A stretch of 64,000 nt of DNA from NCBI RefSeq assembly GCF_003018255.1, contig NZ_CP027440.1. One strand, given 5' to 3'. Below are positions 1 to 10,180 of the stretch, piece after piece. Both the position numbers and the translations under genes were made by a program. The first letter of the stretch is position 1. Every line of letters begins with the position of its first letter. The notes under the pieces were generated by a model. That model had not been told where the DNA came from, made no database searches, and was given only the letters and a program-made list of their open reading frames with translations. The DNA comes from Escherichia coli (GTDB lineage Bacteria > Pseudomonadota > Gammaproteobacteria > Enterobacterales > Enterobacteriaceae).

Positions 1-96
1 TTTAATCTCTTCAACCTTGTCAACGGAATTTTGTGGCTGTTGCTGATGGTTATCTTTTTAAAAGATAAACAGATGGGAAATTCGCACGAAGGGTAA
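1..96 (+). CDS. mdfA: Multidrug efflux MFS transporter MdfA/Cmr, C-terminal fragment only (gene starts upstream of window)
   Basis: Frame 1 from window start reads [31 protein letters not shown] then TAA at 94-96; matches the remembered MdfA C-terminus and its position next to ybjH. Confidence 0.7.
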   Translation, partial: FNLFNLVNGILWLLLMVIFLKDKQMGNSHEG

Positions 97-99
97 AAA

Positions 100-130
100 A
101 ATGCCTGATTGCTTTGTGCGATCAGGCATT
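100..130. terminator. Hairpin (AATGCCTGAT...ATCAGGCATT) flanked by A-run and T-rich tail, between convergent mdfA and ybjH; probable bidirectional intrinsic terminator
   Basis: Inverted repeat read directly in sequence. Confidence 0.5.
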
Positions 131-136
131 CTCGAA

Positions 137-421
137 TTAATGGTGATGGTCGTCAATCTGGTGTTCGATAACCATCCCTTCACCTACGCTGGCAAGATGG
201 CGAACATAAGGATGCGGGCGGTAAGCCGGAGCTGGCGCAGGAGCCACATAGACGGTTTGCGGCACAGTCGCGACGCTGACCGCTTGTGGAACGCTGACTG
301 AATCAGGAACCACAACCACTTTGTATCCACTCGGCACATCGACGGTGACACTTTGCGCCATCGCCACACCAGTAAAGCCCATTAAAAGCGCGCCCAACAG
401 TAGACAATTTTTCATAATCAT
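137..421 (-). CDS. ybjH: Small secreted protein YbjH (DUF, 94 aa)
   Basis: ORF-track ORF 137..421 (94 aa) with N-terminal signal-peptide-like segment; position between mdfA and ybjI. Confidence 0.75.
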   Translation of the reverse strand: MIMKNCLLLGALLMGFTGVAMAQSVTVDVPSGYKVVVVPDSVSVPQAVSVATVPQTVYVAPAPAPAYRPHPYVRHLASVGEGMVIEHQIDDHHH

Positions 422-505
422 TTCGCCTGAAATAATGCAGCGGGTTAATTTCCGCGAATTATGCAGCCTTCATTCAGGTATTGTGTTGCCGGGCGTGCTG
501 CCGTT

Positions 506-1321
506 TTATTGGTTAAATGGCGCTTCGTGTTTAAGCACTTTATCGATCACATCCAGTACGCCTTCACGGTTATTGGAGCCTGCCCGGTATTTTGCCGCTG
601 CGACGACCGCGCTGCCGGCATTTTCCATTGCAAAACTAAAGCCTGCCTGACGCAGCATCTCAATATCGTTACCGCCATCGCCAAAGACCACCACTTCGCT
701 GTCGTCTATTCCCCATAATTTCTGCAGTTGGCGAAGGCCATTGGCTTTATGTACGCCGGGGATAATCAGATCGATGCTGCCGTTGCCGGTGTGGACCGGC
801 ACCATAATATCGCCGATGGCCTCATGTAATGCTTTTTGTACTTGTGGAATCAGTTCATCGGAAAGATTCAGACCAAACTTAAAGAAGATATCTTCTAAGT
901 TGTCAAAGTTATCGACGTATTCCAGACGGTGATAATACATTTCCGCCACCGTTTTCATGGCATCGTCATATTTTTTGAGTGTATAGGCGCTATTTTTTCC
1001 GCAGGCAATAATTTCCACTTCCGGGCGCGTCAGCAAATGTTCCACGACAGTAGAAAACGCATCCTTCGACAGCTCGCCATTAAAAACATCTTTGCCTTCG
1101 CTCACTACCCAGCCGCCGTTTTCAGCCACAAAGGCTATTTCATTAGCAATTTCCGGAAAGAAAGAGATCAACTGATAATATTGATTCCCGCTGGCGACCA
1201 CAAAGCGAATGCCTTGTGCTTTCATTTGCTGATACTGAGCCATAAACCGCTCACGGTTATAGGTTTTTTGATCGCTTAAGAAAGTACCATCCATGTCTAC
1301 CGCAATTAATTTAATGCTCAT
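506..1321 (-). CDS. ybjI: HAD-superfamily sugar/FMN phosphatase YbjI (271 aa)
   Basis: ORF 506..1324; N-terminal DxD motif (IAVDMDGTFL) typical of HAD phosphatases; start taken at ATG 1321..1319 (the track's first codon is TTG). Confidence 0.9.
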   Translation of the reverse strand: MSIKLIAVDMDGTFLSDQKTYNRERFMAQYQQMKAQGIRFVVASGNQYYQLISFFPEIANEIAFVAENGGWVVSEGKDVFNGELSKDAFSTVVEHLLTRPEVEIIACGKNSAYTLKKYDDAMKTVAEMYYHRLEYVDNFDNLEDIFFKFGLNLSDELIPQVQKALHEAIGDIMVPVHTGNGSIDLIIPGVHKANGLRQLQKLWGIDDSEVVVFGDGGNDIEMLRQAGFSFAMENAGSAVVAAAKYRAGSNNREGVLDVIDKVLKHEAPFNQ

Positions 1322-2529
1322 CAACTATTCTCCATCGCCGTCTGCGTTTTGGTATCGGGTTTGGCGACGGCTTTCGCGACAATAGCCGCGAGAATAACCA
1401 GCGCCAGTACAACCAGCATTGCACTACGTAATCCATAATGTTCGCCGAGATAGCCCAGCAGTGGCGGCCCGACGAGGAAAGCCAGATAACCGGTCGTAGC
1501 TACCACGCTGACGCGGGTTGGTGCATCGGGGCCGGTATCGCTGGCGGCAGAAATGGTCAGCGGGAAGCCCAACGAGGCACCCAGTCCCCAAAGTACAACA
1601 GACACCCCAGCAACCCAGGCGCTATCGACAAAAATAATCAGCCCAATACCCAACGCCCCCATTAGTGCACTGGCCCGAACCACGGCAACGCGACTGTAAC
1701 GGTCAATGAACCAACCGCCGGTAAAGCGTCCAACGGTCATCCCCAGGGTAAAACCGGCATAAATCAGCGAGCCGGAAGTAGGGCTAAAACCGTGACCGTC
1801 AACCATTAATAAGGGTAACCAGTCGTTGGCAGAACCTTCGGCAAAGGCCATCGCCAGCACCACAACACCAATCAGCAGCAACTGGATATCGCGATAAAAA
1901 GGTACGCCTTTTTCACCATGCTGGGTGCCATCGGCAGCATTTTTGCCCGTACCATCAGGGATTGCCTGAATGGCGATATAAATAGGCGCGATGCCTACCA
2001 GCGCCGCCAATAAAATGTGCACCGTTGCCGGAACGCCAAAGGCCGTTAGTGCCATCCCGACACCAGCGCCTGCCAGCGTGCCCAGGCTATAAAAACCGTG
2101 CATCATCGGCAAAACCGTCTTATTCATTTCTCGCTCAACGGCAGCACCTTCAACGTTTATCGCCACTTCCGCAGAACCAAAACTTGCCCCAAAGACGCCG
2201 AGACCAACCGCGAAGAGCAGGGGCGATGTCAGCCAGAGTGCCAGACTTAGTATCATCATCCCGATCAATGCGCAGGACATCGTGACCAGGATGACATTAC
2301 GCGTCCCAAAGCGTTTCACTAACCACGCCGAGCAGAGAATACCGCTCATTGAACCGATCGACAGACCAAAGAGGACTCCGCCCATTTCAGCGATCGAAAC
2401 AGAAAGAATATCGCGGATAGCAGGCGTACGGGTTGCCCAGGACGCCATTAACAGGCCTGGCAAAAAGAAGAACATAAACAGCGCCCAGGTTCGGCGTTTC
2501 AATGCATTACGTGAAGAATTTACGGTCAT
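1321..2529 (-). CDS. ybjJ: MFS-family inner membrane transporter YbjJ (402 aa)
   Basis: ORF 1321..2529, highly hydrophobic multi-span translation; stop overlaps ybjI start by 1 nt. Confidence 0.85.
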
Positions 2530-2612
2530 AGATCACGTCAAAATAAGAAGAGGGAAGACAACATTAGCAAGGTTGTGTACATTTGTACACAATTGCAGAG
2601 AGAGGAAATGAC

Positions 2613-3149
2613 ATGCGTCGCGCTAACGATCCGCAACGGCGAGAAAAAATTATCCAGGCCACGCTGGAGGCGGTGAAACTTTATGGAATACATGCTGTTA
2701 CGCACCGCAAAATTGCTACCCTTGCCGGGGTACCGTTGGGGTCGATGACCTACTATTTTTCAGGAATTGATGAGTTGTTGCTGGAGGCGTTCAGCAGTTT
2801 TACTGAGATCATGTCCCGGCAATATCAGGCATTTTTTAGCGATGTTAGTGATGCTCCGGGCGCATGCCAGGCTATCACCGATATGATTTACAGCTCACAG
2901 GTTGCAACGCCGGATAACATGGAGCTGATGTACCAGCTCTACGCGCTGGCTAGCCGAAAACCGCTATTAAAAACGGTAATGCAAAACTGGATGCAGCGCA
3001 GTCAGCAAACGCTCGAACAATGGTTTGAACCCGGAACCGCCCGCGCGCTTGATGCGTTTATTGAGGGGATGACGCTGCATTTTGTCACCGACCGTAAGCC
3101 GCTATCGCGCGAGGAGATTTTGAGGATGGTTGAGAGGGTTGCAGGGTAG
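2613..3149 (+). CDS. rcdA: TetR-family transcriptional regulator RcdA (YbjK), 178 aa
   Basis: ORF 2583..3149; start trimmed to ATG 2613 preceded by AGAGAGGAAATGAC Shine-Dalgarno; N-terminal HTH region. Confidence 0.85.
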
Positions 3150-3168
3150 TAGATAAATTTTAGACAAC

Positions 3169-3247
3169 AAAAAACCCACCAACCTTGAACCGAAATGGCG
3201 GGGTTGATGGGCTCCACAAAATGGGGACATCAAAGAAAAGCAGTGGC
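3169..3247 (-). ncRNA. rybB: RybB small regulatory RNA (sigma-E dependent, Hfq-binding)
   Basis: Minus-strand sequence GCCACTGCTTTTCTTTGATGTCCCCATTTTGTGGAGCCCATCAACCCCGCCATTTCGGTTCAAGGTTGGTGGGTTTTTT matches the RybB sequence as I remember it, including 3' terminator hairpin and U-run; lies in the rcdA-ybjL spacer as in K-12. Confidence 0.85.
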
Positions 3248-3249
3248 AC

Positions 3250-3290
3250 TAATTAAGACTGATGCCCTGCGGAAAAGTTCTGCGGTTGTG
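3250..3290 (-). promoter_or_regulatory. Putative sigma-E promoter of rybB (-35 GAACTT, -10 TCTTA-like)
   Basis: Minus strand immediately upstream of rybB 5' end reads cagAACTTttccgcagggcatcaGTCTTAattagt, consistent with sigma-E consensus GGAACTT / TCTGA. Confidence 0.55.
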
Positions 3291-3323
3291 CAAAAAAATT
3301 TCATTTTCAGGGCAACTTCAGTT

Positions 3324-5009
3324 TTATCCTAATCCTGGCCATACCATGACGATGATTGTCCCTGCCAGCGTCAGCAGGACGTTGGCGATTGCGTAAGTGC
3401 CCGCATAGCCCAGTGCCGGGATATTACTGCGAGCTGTATCACTGATGATCTCCATTGCCGGCGCGCAGGTGCGTGCGCCCATCATTGCGCCGAACAACAG
3501 TGCGCGGTTCATTCGCAATACATAAGCACCGAACAAGAAGCAGATAACCACTGGCACCAGACTGACAATCAATCCGGCAATCAACATCTGACCGCCAATC
3601 GCGCCCAGGCCGTTATTAATACCGCTACCAGCGCTCAGACCAACGCCTGCCATAAACACCATCAAGCCGAACTCCTTCACCATGCTTAATGCACCCTGCG
3701 GAATGTAACCGAAGGTCGGGTGGTTAGCACGCATAAAGCCCAGCATAATTCCGGCGAATAACAACCCGGCAGCGTTCCCCATACCGAAACTGAATGTGCT
3801 GAACTGGAAGGTGATCATCCCGATCATCAGCCCAATAACAAAGAAGGCGCAGAATGCCAGCAAGTCAGTGACCTGGCTGTGAATCGAGATAAAGCCGATG
3901 CGATCGGCGATGGTTTTTACCCGGCGGGCATCGCCGCTGACTTGTAAAACGTCACCTTTGTTAAGCACGACGTTGTCATCAATCGGCATCTCAATCTGGC
4001 TACGTATGACGCGGTTAAGGAAGCAACCGTGATCGGTCAACTTCAGTTGTGCCAGGCGTTTGCCAACAGCGTTATGGTTTTTAACGACCACTTCTTCAGT
4101 GACGATACGCATGTCGAGAAGGTCACGATCGAAAACTTCTTTGCCATTACGGAAACTGGGATCGAGTCGGGCGTGGGCGTCAGGATAGCCTACCAACGCT
4201 ATTTCATCGCCCATTTGTAGTACGGCATCACCGTCTGGATTTGCCAGAATCCCGTTACGCCGAATACGTTCAATGTAACAGCCAGTTTGTCGATAAATAC
4301 CCAGTTCACGCAGATTTTTGCCGTCGGTCCAGGCTACCAGCTCCGGGCCGACGCGGTAGGCGCGGATCACCGGCAAATAAACCTTACGGTTGGCATCTGT
4401 GTCCAGGCCACGTTCGCGGGCGATTTGCTGGGCGCTGGTCTGTAAGTCCTGATGCTGCAATTTCGGCAAGTAACGCGCACCAACAATCAAACTCACCAGG
4501 CCGATTAAATAGGTTAAGGCATACCCGAGGCTCAGATTATCCAGTGCCAATGAGAGCTGCCTGCTTTCCATGCCGGAATGACGCAGTGTATCGCCAGCAC
4601 CGACCAGAACCGGTGTTGACGTCATAGAGCCTGCTAACATACCGGCCGTCAGGCCAATATCCCAGCCAAACAGCTTACCTAACCCTAAGGCGATGACCAG
4701 CGCACTGCCAACCATCACCAGTGCTAACATTAGGTAATTTTTCCCATCGCGAAAAAAAATGGAAAAAAAGTTCGGTCCGGCTTCGACCCCGACGCAGAAA
4801 ATAAACAGCATAAAGCCAAGATTAAGCGCGTCGGTGTTAATGCTGAAATGTTGTTGGCCTAATAACAGCGATACGACTAAAACGCCAATGGAATTACCCA
4901 GTTGGATCGAACCAAGTCGTAATTTCCCGAGACATAGCCCAAGCGCGAGGACCACAAATAATAACAGAATGTAATTCCCATTTAACAATTCGGCGACGTT
5001 TATATTCAC
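3324..5009 (-). CDS. ybjL: Putative AAE-family transporter YbjL with two central TrkA-C/RCK_C-like domains (561 aa)
   Basis: ORF 3324..5009 (561 aa); hydrophobic N- and C-terminal halves flanking a soluble central region. Confidence 0.85.
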
Positions 5010-5278
5010 GGAGGCTAACTTCTTGTTTACTAGTAAGCTGTTGAAAGAAATGGTAATTTACGATAATGTTTTTTACCAGAATTCAGGGCGCAGATTCATT
5101 CAGCGCACCTAAACGATAGTAAAGTAACAATATATTTTACTAGTGTAATCACATTAGGTATCAACGGCTATATGAATTGCGTTGGCCTATATTAGCATGG
5201 AATGCGAAGCGGCTTTATCTTACTGAACGCCACACTGGCGAAAAATGTGTTCGATAGACGCAGTGTCAGGAGGAACGA

Positions 5279-5656
5279 GTGAAACATAAACAACGTTGGG
5301 CGGGGGCAATCTGCTGTTTTGTCCTCTTCATTGTGGTGTGTCTTTTTCTGGCGACACACATGAAAGGCGCTTTTCGGGCTGCCGGGCATCCTGAAATCGG
5401 TTTGCTATTTTTCATTCTTCCTGGTGCAGTTGCCAGCTTCTTTTCACATCGTAGAGAAGTCCTGAAACCTCTGTTTGGCGCAATGCTGGCGGCACCCTGT
5501 TCGATGCTCATTATGCGGCTGTTTTTTTCACCGACGCGCTCATTCTGGCAAGAGCTGGCATGGTTATTAAGTGCGGTGTTCTGGTGTGCGCTGGGGGCAT
5601 TGTGTTTCTTATTTATCAGTAGTTTGTTTAAACCACAGCACAGAAAAAATCAATAA
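5279..5656 (+). CDS. ybjM: Inner membrane protein YbjM (125 aa), GTG start
   Basis: ORF 5279..5656; GGAGGAACGA Shine-Dalgarno upstream of GTG; hydrophobic translation. Confidence 0.75.
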   Translation: MKHKQRWAGAICCFVLFIVVCLFLATHMKGAFRAAGHPEIGLLFFILPGAVASFFSHRREVLKPLFGAMLAAPCSMLIMRLFFSPTRSFWQELAWLLSAVFWCALGALCFLFISSLFKPQHRKNQ

Positions 5657-5685
5657 AGCCCTCAACGCGAGGGCTTGTCAGACGA

Positions 5686-5943
5686 TCAGGCGTCCAGATT
5701 CTCTTTCACCCATGCAGCAAAATCGGTATAGCCGCCGATATGTTGCTGATCGACAAAAATCTGCGGCACGGTTTCTACGGGTTTTCCTGCCTTTTGTTGT
5801 AGATCTTCTTTAGTGATCCCTTCCGCACGAATATCTACATACTGATACTGGAAATCATCGCGTTCATTGCTCAATTTCTCAGCCAGATCTTTTGCACGCA
5901 CACAGTAAGGGCAACCCGGACGACCAAAAATAACGGTTTGCAT
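5686..5943 (-). CDS. grxA: Glutaredoxin 1 (85 aa)
   Basis: ORF 5686..5958 trimmed to MQTVIFGRPGCPYC...; CPYC active site visible. Confidence 0.9.
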   Translation of the reverse strand: MQTVIFGRPGCPYCVRAKDLAEKLSNERDDFQYQYVDIRAEGITKEDLQQKAGKPVETVPQIFVDQQHIGGYTDFAAWVKENLDA

Positions 5944-6102
5944 TATTTCTCTCCTCATAGATTTATACCTGTAATGATCACGCTAAAATGTATTCGCTGA
6001 AAGTAGGTTTAACCTGTTGCATTAATTGCTAAAAGCTATAACTGTTAAACACAATACAGTGAAAAGTTTTAGACTGAAGGCTCACTTTGCAGAGGGAAGC
6101 GT

Positions 6103-6390
6103 ATGCGCGCGATCGGTAAATTGCCTAAAAGCGTGTTGATACTGGAATTTATCGGAATGATGTTGCTGGCGGTGGCGCTGCTGTCGGTAAGCGGCTCCCT
6201 GTCGCTGCCTGAGCCATTTTCTCGGCCAGAAGTGCAGATTCTGATGATTTTTCTCGGTGTTTTGCTCATGCTTCCCGCTGCGGTGGTGGTTATTCTTCAG
6301 GTGGCAAAACGTCTTGCCCCACAGCTGATGAACCGTCCACCGCAATATTCACGTTCAGAAAGAGAAAAAGATAATGACGCCAACCATTGA
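6103..6390 (+). CDS. ybjC: Small membrane protein YbjC (95 aa), first gene of ybjC-nfsA-rimK-ybjN cluster
   Basis: ORF 6103..6390; two hydrophobic segments; 17-nt overlap with nfsA start. Confidence 0.7.
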   Translation: MRAIGKLPKSVLILEFIGMMLLAVALLSVSGSLSLPEPFSRPEVQILMIFLGVLLMLPAAVVVILQVAKRLAPQLMNRPPQYSRSEREKDNDANH

Positions 6391-7096
6391 ACTTATTTGT
6401 GGCCATCGCTCCATTCGCCATTTCACTGATGAACCCATTTCCGAAGCGCAGCGTGAGGCGATTATTAACAGCGCCCGTGCGACGTCCAGTTCCAGTTTTT
6501 TGCAGTGCAGTAGCATTATTCGCATTACCGACAAAGCGTTACGTGATGAACTGGTGACGCTGACCGGCGGGCAAAAACACGTAGCGCAAGCGGCGGAGTT
6601 CTGGGTGTTCTGTGCCGACTTTAACCGCCATTTACAGATCTGTCCGGATGCACAACTTGGCCTGGCGGAACAACTGTTGCTCGGTGTCGTTGATACGGCA
6701 ATGATGGCGCAGAATGCATTAACCGCAGCGGAATCGCTGGGATTGGGCGGGGTATATATCGGCGGCCTGCGCAATAATATTGAAGCGGTGACGGAGCTGC
6801 TGAAATTACCGCAGCATGTTCTGCCGCTGTTTGGGCTGTGCCTTGGCTGGCCTGCGGATAATCCGGATCTTAAGCCGCGTTTACCGGCCTCCATTTTGGT
6901 GCATGAAAACAACTATCAACCGCTGGATAAAGACGCACTGGCGCAGTATGACGAACAACTGGCGGAATATTACCTCACCCGTGGCAGCAATAATCGCCGG
7001 GATACCTGGAGCGATCATATCCGCCGAACAATCATTAAAGAAAGCCGCCCATTTATACTGGATTATTTGCACAAACAGGGTTGGGCGACGCGCTAA
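6374..7096 (+). CDS. nfsA: Oxygen-insensitive NADPH nitroreductase NfsA (240 aa)
   Basis: ORF 6374..7096; translation MTPTIELICGHRSIRHFTDEPISEAQREAII recognised as NfsA. Confidence 0.9.
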   Translation: MTPTIELICGHRSIRHFTDEPISEAQREAIINSARATSSSSFLQCSSIIRITDKALRDELVTLTGGQKHVAQAAEFWVFCADFNRHLQICPDAQLGLAEQLLLGVVDTAMMAQNALTAAESLGLGGVYIGGLRNNIEAVTELLKLPQHVLPLFGLCLGWPADNPDLKPRLPASILVHENNYQPLDKDALAQYDEQLAEYYLTRGSNNRRDTWSDHIRRTIIKESRPFILDYLHKQGWATR

Positions 7097-7156
7097 AACC
7101 GCCACGCCGATGTATGATACGCGGGCTTTTGACCAGGTCTGACAGAGAGGTGCAGG

Positions 7157-8059
7157 GTGAAAATTGCCATATTGTCCCGGGATGGAACGCTCTATTCGTG
7201 TAAGCGGCTGCGTGAAGCCGCTATACAGCGCGGTCACCTGGTTGAAATTCTTGATCCGCTTTCTTGCTACATGAACATAAATCCTGCGGCGTCTTCTATT
7301 CACTACAAAGGCCGCAAGTTACCCCATTTTGATGCTGTGATCCCGCGTATTGGTACCGCCATTACCTTTTATGGGACGGCGGCACTGCGCCAGTTCGAGA
7401 TGCTGGGGAGCTATCCGCTCAATGAGTCGGTCGCCATTGCCCGGGCGCGTGACAAATTGCGTTCCATGCAACTGCTGGCGCGTCAGGGCATCGACCTGCC
7501 TGTCACGGGCATTGCGCATTCGCCGGATGATACCAGCGATTTAATCGACATGGTCGGTGGTGCGCCGCTGGTGGTCAAGCTGGTTGAAGGCACGCAGGGA
7601 ATTGGTGTCGTGCTGGCGGAGACGCGCCAGGCGGCGGAAAGCGTGATTGACGCTTTCCGCGGTCTGAACGCGCATATTCTGGTGCAGGAATATATCAAAG
7701 AGGCGCAAGGGTGCGATATCCGCTGTCTGGTTGTTGGCGATGAAGTGGTCGCTGCGATTGAACGGCGGGCGAAAGAGGGCGATTTTCGTTCCAATTTGCA
7801 TCGTGGCGGCGCGGCAAGCGTCGCCAGTATCACACCACAGGAGCGTGAAATCGCGATAAAAGCCGCGCGAACGATGGCGCTGGACGTTGCTGGTGTGGAT
7901 ATTCTGCGTGCTAATCGCGGGCCATTGGTGATGGAGGTGAATGCGTCGCCGGGGCTGGAAGGAATAGAAAAAACCACCGGTATCGACATCGCGGGTAAAA
8001 TGATCCGCTGGATCGAACGCCACGCTACGACGGAATATTGCCTGAAAACGGGTGGTTAG
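7157..8059 (+). CDS. rimK: Ribosomal protein S6 glutamate ligase RimK (ATP-grasp), 300 aa, GTG start
   Basis: ORF 7157..8059; ATP-grasp fold translation; conserved position after nfsA. Confidence 0.9.
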   Translation: MKIAILSRDGTLYSCKRLREAAIQRGHLVEILDPLSCYMNINPAASSIHYKGRKLPHFDAVIPRIGTAITFYGTAALRQFEMLGSYPLNESVAIARARDKLRSMQLLARQGIDLPVTGIAHSPDDTSDLIDMVGGAPLVVKLVEGTQGIGVVLAETRQAAESVIDAFRGLNAHILVQEYIKEAQGCDIRCLVVGDEVVAAIERRAKEGDFRSNLHRGGAASVASITPQEREIAIKAARTMALDVAGVDILRANRGPLVMEVNASPGLEGIEKTTGIDIAGKMIRWIERHATTEYCLKTGG

Positions 8060-8146
8060 TCGCAATCACATTACTGATCATGGTTTTGCCTGCGCTTTTT
8101 GCGTAAGCTGTGCCGGTCTTTTTATCGAAAGAGGTTGTACAAAATT

Positions 8147-8623
8147 ATGACATCGCTGGTCGTTCCTGGTCTGGATACGCTGCGTCAATGGCTCGATGAC
8201 CTGGGGATGAGTTTTTTTGAATGTGATAACTGTCAGGCTCTGCATCTGCCCCATATGCAGAATTTCGACGGTGTCTTTGATGCCAAAATCGATCTGATCG
8301 ATAACACGATCCTGTTTTCTGCCATGGCGGAAGTCCGACCTTCAGCCGTATTGCCGCTGGCGGCGGATTTATCTGCCATCAATGCCAGTTCGCTGACCGT
8401 GAAAGCATTTCTTGATATGCAGGATGATAATCTGCCAAAGCTGGTGGTTTGCCAGTCTTTATCCGTTATGCAGGGCGTAACCTATGAGCAGTTTGCATGG
8501 TTCGTGCGTCAGAGCGAAGAGCAGATTTCGATGGTCATTCTTGAAGCTAATGCCCATCAACTGCTGTTACCGACTGACGATGAAGGGCAAAACAACGTTA
8601 CCGAAAACTATTTCCTCCACTGA
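8147..8623 (+). CDS. ybjN: YbjN (158 aa), putative sensory transduction regulator-like protein
   Basis: ORF 8099..8623 trimmed to ATG 8147 (MTSLVVPGLDTL...). Confidence 0.8.
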   Translation: MTSLVVPGLDTLRQWLDDLGMSFFECDNCQALHLPHMQNFDGVFDAKIDLIDNTILFSAMAEVRPSAVLPLAADLSAINASSLTVKAFLDMQDDNLPKLVVCQSLSVMQGVTYEQFAWFVRQSEEQISMVILEANAHQLLLPTDDEGQNNVTENYFLH

Positions 8624-8898
8624 TAACTCCTTTCGAGTACGCAGTCGCTGCCGCAGTGACTGCGTGCTGCAAAATTATCTGCTATTCTTAACCTTTTCTT
8701 AAAGATTATTTCACTTCTCTTGTGCCGATTTGGCTTTATCACATAGAGCAAATACGCATAAAAATTTGTTAAATACCGTTTTTTAATCCGAGCTATAGTC
8801 TCAAACCCTGGCTAAAGTTATTCTTGCGATGCTTTTATATAGCGAGCAGTGCTGGCCGGGAGAGAGTTCTCTTTTCTTACACCGCGCCGATAAAAAAT

Positions 8899-8915
8899 AT
8901 GCACGTTTATTGCAT
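8899..8915 (+). promoter_or_regulatory. Candidate sigma-54 (-24/-12) promoter element upstream of potF: TGCACGTTTATTGCA
   Basis: Near match to TGGCAC-N5-TTGCA consensus about 60 nt upstream of potF ATG; potFGHI is recalled as nitrogen (NtrC) regulated. Confidence 0.4.
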
Positions 8916-8973
8916 ATCTTTCAGTGTGACAACTTTTGTTCGTTTGTTAACGAACTTTCAGAAGGAAAGAGAT

Positions 8974-10086
8974 ATGACCGCCTTAAATAAAAAATGGCTA
9001 TCGGGTCTGGTTACGGGTGCTCTGATGGCCGTCTCTGTCGGCACGCTCGCGGCTGAACAAAAAACACTTCACATTTATAACTGGTCTGATTATATCGCCC
9101 CGGACACGGTGGCCAATTTTGAAAAAGAAACCGGTATTAAAGTCGTCTACGATGTTTTCGACTCTAACGAAGTACTGGAAGGCAAATTAATGGCGGGTAG
9201 CACCGGCTTTGACCTGGTGGTGCCGTCAGCAAGCTTTCTTGAACGCCAGTTGACTGCGGGAGTTTTCCAGCCGCTGGACAAAAGCAAATTGCCGGAGTGG
9301 AAGAATCTCGATCCGGAGCTGCTGAAGTTAGTTGCCAAACACGATCCCGACAATAAATTTGCTATGCCCTATATGTGGGCGACGACCGGGATTGGCTATA
9401 ACGTTGATAAAGTTAAAGCGGTGCTGGGCGAAAACGCGCCCGTCGATAGCTGGGACTTGATCCTCAAGCCTGAAAATCTGGAAAAACTGAAAAGCTGCGG
9501 CGTCTCTTTCCTTGATGCACCGGAAGAAGTGTTTGCTACCGTGCTGAATTATCTCGGTAAAGATCCCAACAGCACTAAAGCAGATGATTACACCGGACCG
9601 GCAACCGATCTGCTGTTAAAGCTGCGCCCGAACATTCGTTATTTCCATTCATCTCAATACATTAACGACCTGGCAAACGGCGATATCTGCGTCGCTATTG
9701 GCTGGGCGGGCGATGTCTGGCAGGCGTCAAACCGCGCGAAGGAAGCGAAGAATGGCGTTAATGTCTCGTTCTCGATTCCGAAAGAAGGGGCGATGGCGTT
9801 CTTTGATGTCTTCGCCATGCCTGCGGATGCCAAAAATAAAGACGAAGCCTATCAGTTCCTGAATTACCTGCTGCGCCCGGATGTGGTGGCGCATATTTCC
9901 GACCATGTGTTCTATGCTAACGCCAATAAAGCAGCTACGCCGCTGGTGAGTGCGGAAGTCCGTGATAACCCGGGTATTTACCCGCCTGCGGATGTTCGTG
10001 CGAAGCTGTTCACTCTGAAAGTACAGGATCCGAAAATCGACCGTGTGCGCACCCGCGCGTGGACCAAAGTGAAGAGCGGAAAATAA
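8974..10086 (+). CDS. potF: Putrescine ABC transporter periplasmic binding protein PotF (370 aa)
   Basis: ORF 8824..10086 trimmed to ATG 8974 after GGAAAGAGAT SD; signal peptide MTALNKKWLSGLVTGALMAVSVGTLA. Confidence 0.9.
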   Translation: MTALNKKWLSGLVTGALMAVSVGTLAAEQKTLHIYNWSDYIAPDTVANFEKETGIKVVYDVFDSNEVLEGKLMAGSTGFDLVVPSASFLERQLTAGVFQPLDKSKLPEWKNLDPELLKLVAKHDPDNKFAMPYMWATTGIGYNVDKVKAVLGENAPVDSWDLILKPENLEKLKSCGVSFLDAPEEVFATVLNYLGKDPNSTKADDYTGPATDLLLKLRPNIRYFHSSQYINDLANGDICVAIGWAGDVWQASNRAKEAKNGVNVSFSIPKEGAMAFFDVFAMPADAKNKDEAYQFLNYLLRPDVVAHISDHVFYANANKAATPLVSAEVRDNPGIYPPADVRAKLFTLKVQDPKIDRVRTRAWTKVKSGK

Positions 10087-10180
10087 TCCGCAGTCGTAGA
10101 TGCCGGACGGGCGCACCACGCCCGCCGGCAATTCGCACCATTATGGTGCGCTTGCACACATTCAATGCCGGAGAGCAGCC

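Noticed and set aside
7483-8065. Long antisense ORFs within rimK (7483..7989 -, 7541..8065 -)
   Set aside because: They lie antisense to a well-recognised gene, have no ribosome-binding site and show low-complexity Arg/Ser/Ala-rich translations typical of open antisense frames in GC-rich coding DNA.
8824-8973. N-terminal extensions given by the ORF track (for example potF from 8824, ybjT to 23312, trxB to 47227, ycaM from 62181, artP to 18788)
   Set aside because: The extended frames lack ribosome-binding sites and would cover promoter regions; internal ATG/GTG codons with Shine-Dalgarno sequences reproduce the known N-termini, signal peptides or Rossmann motifs.
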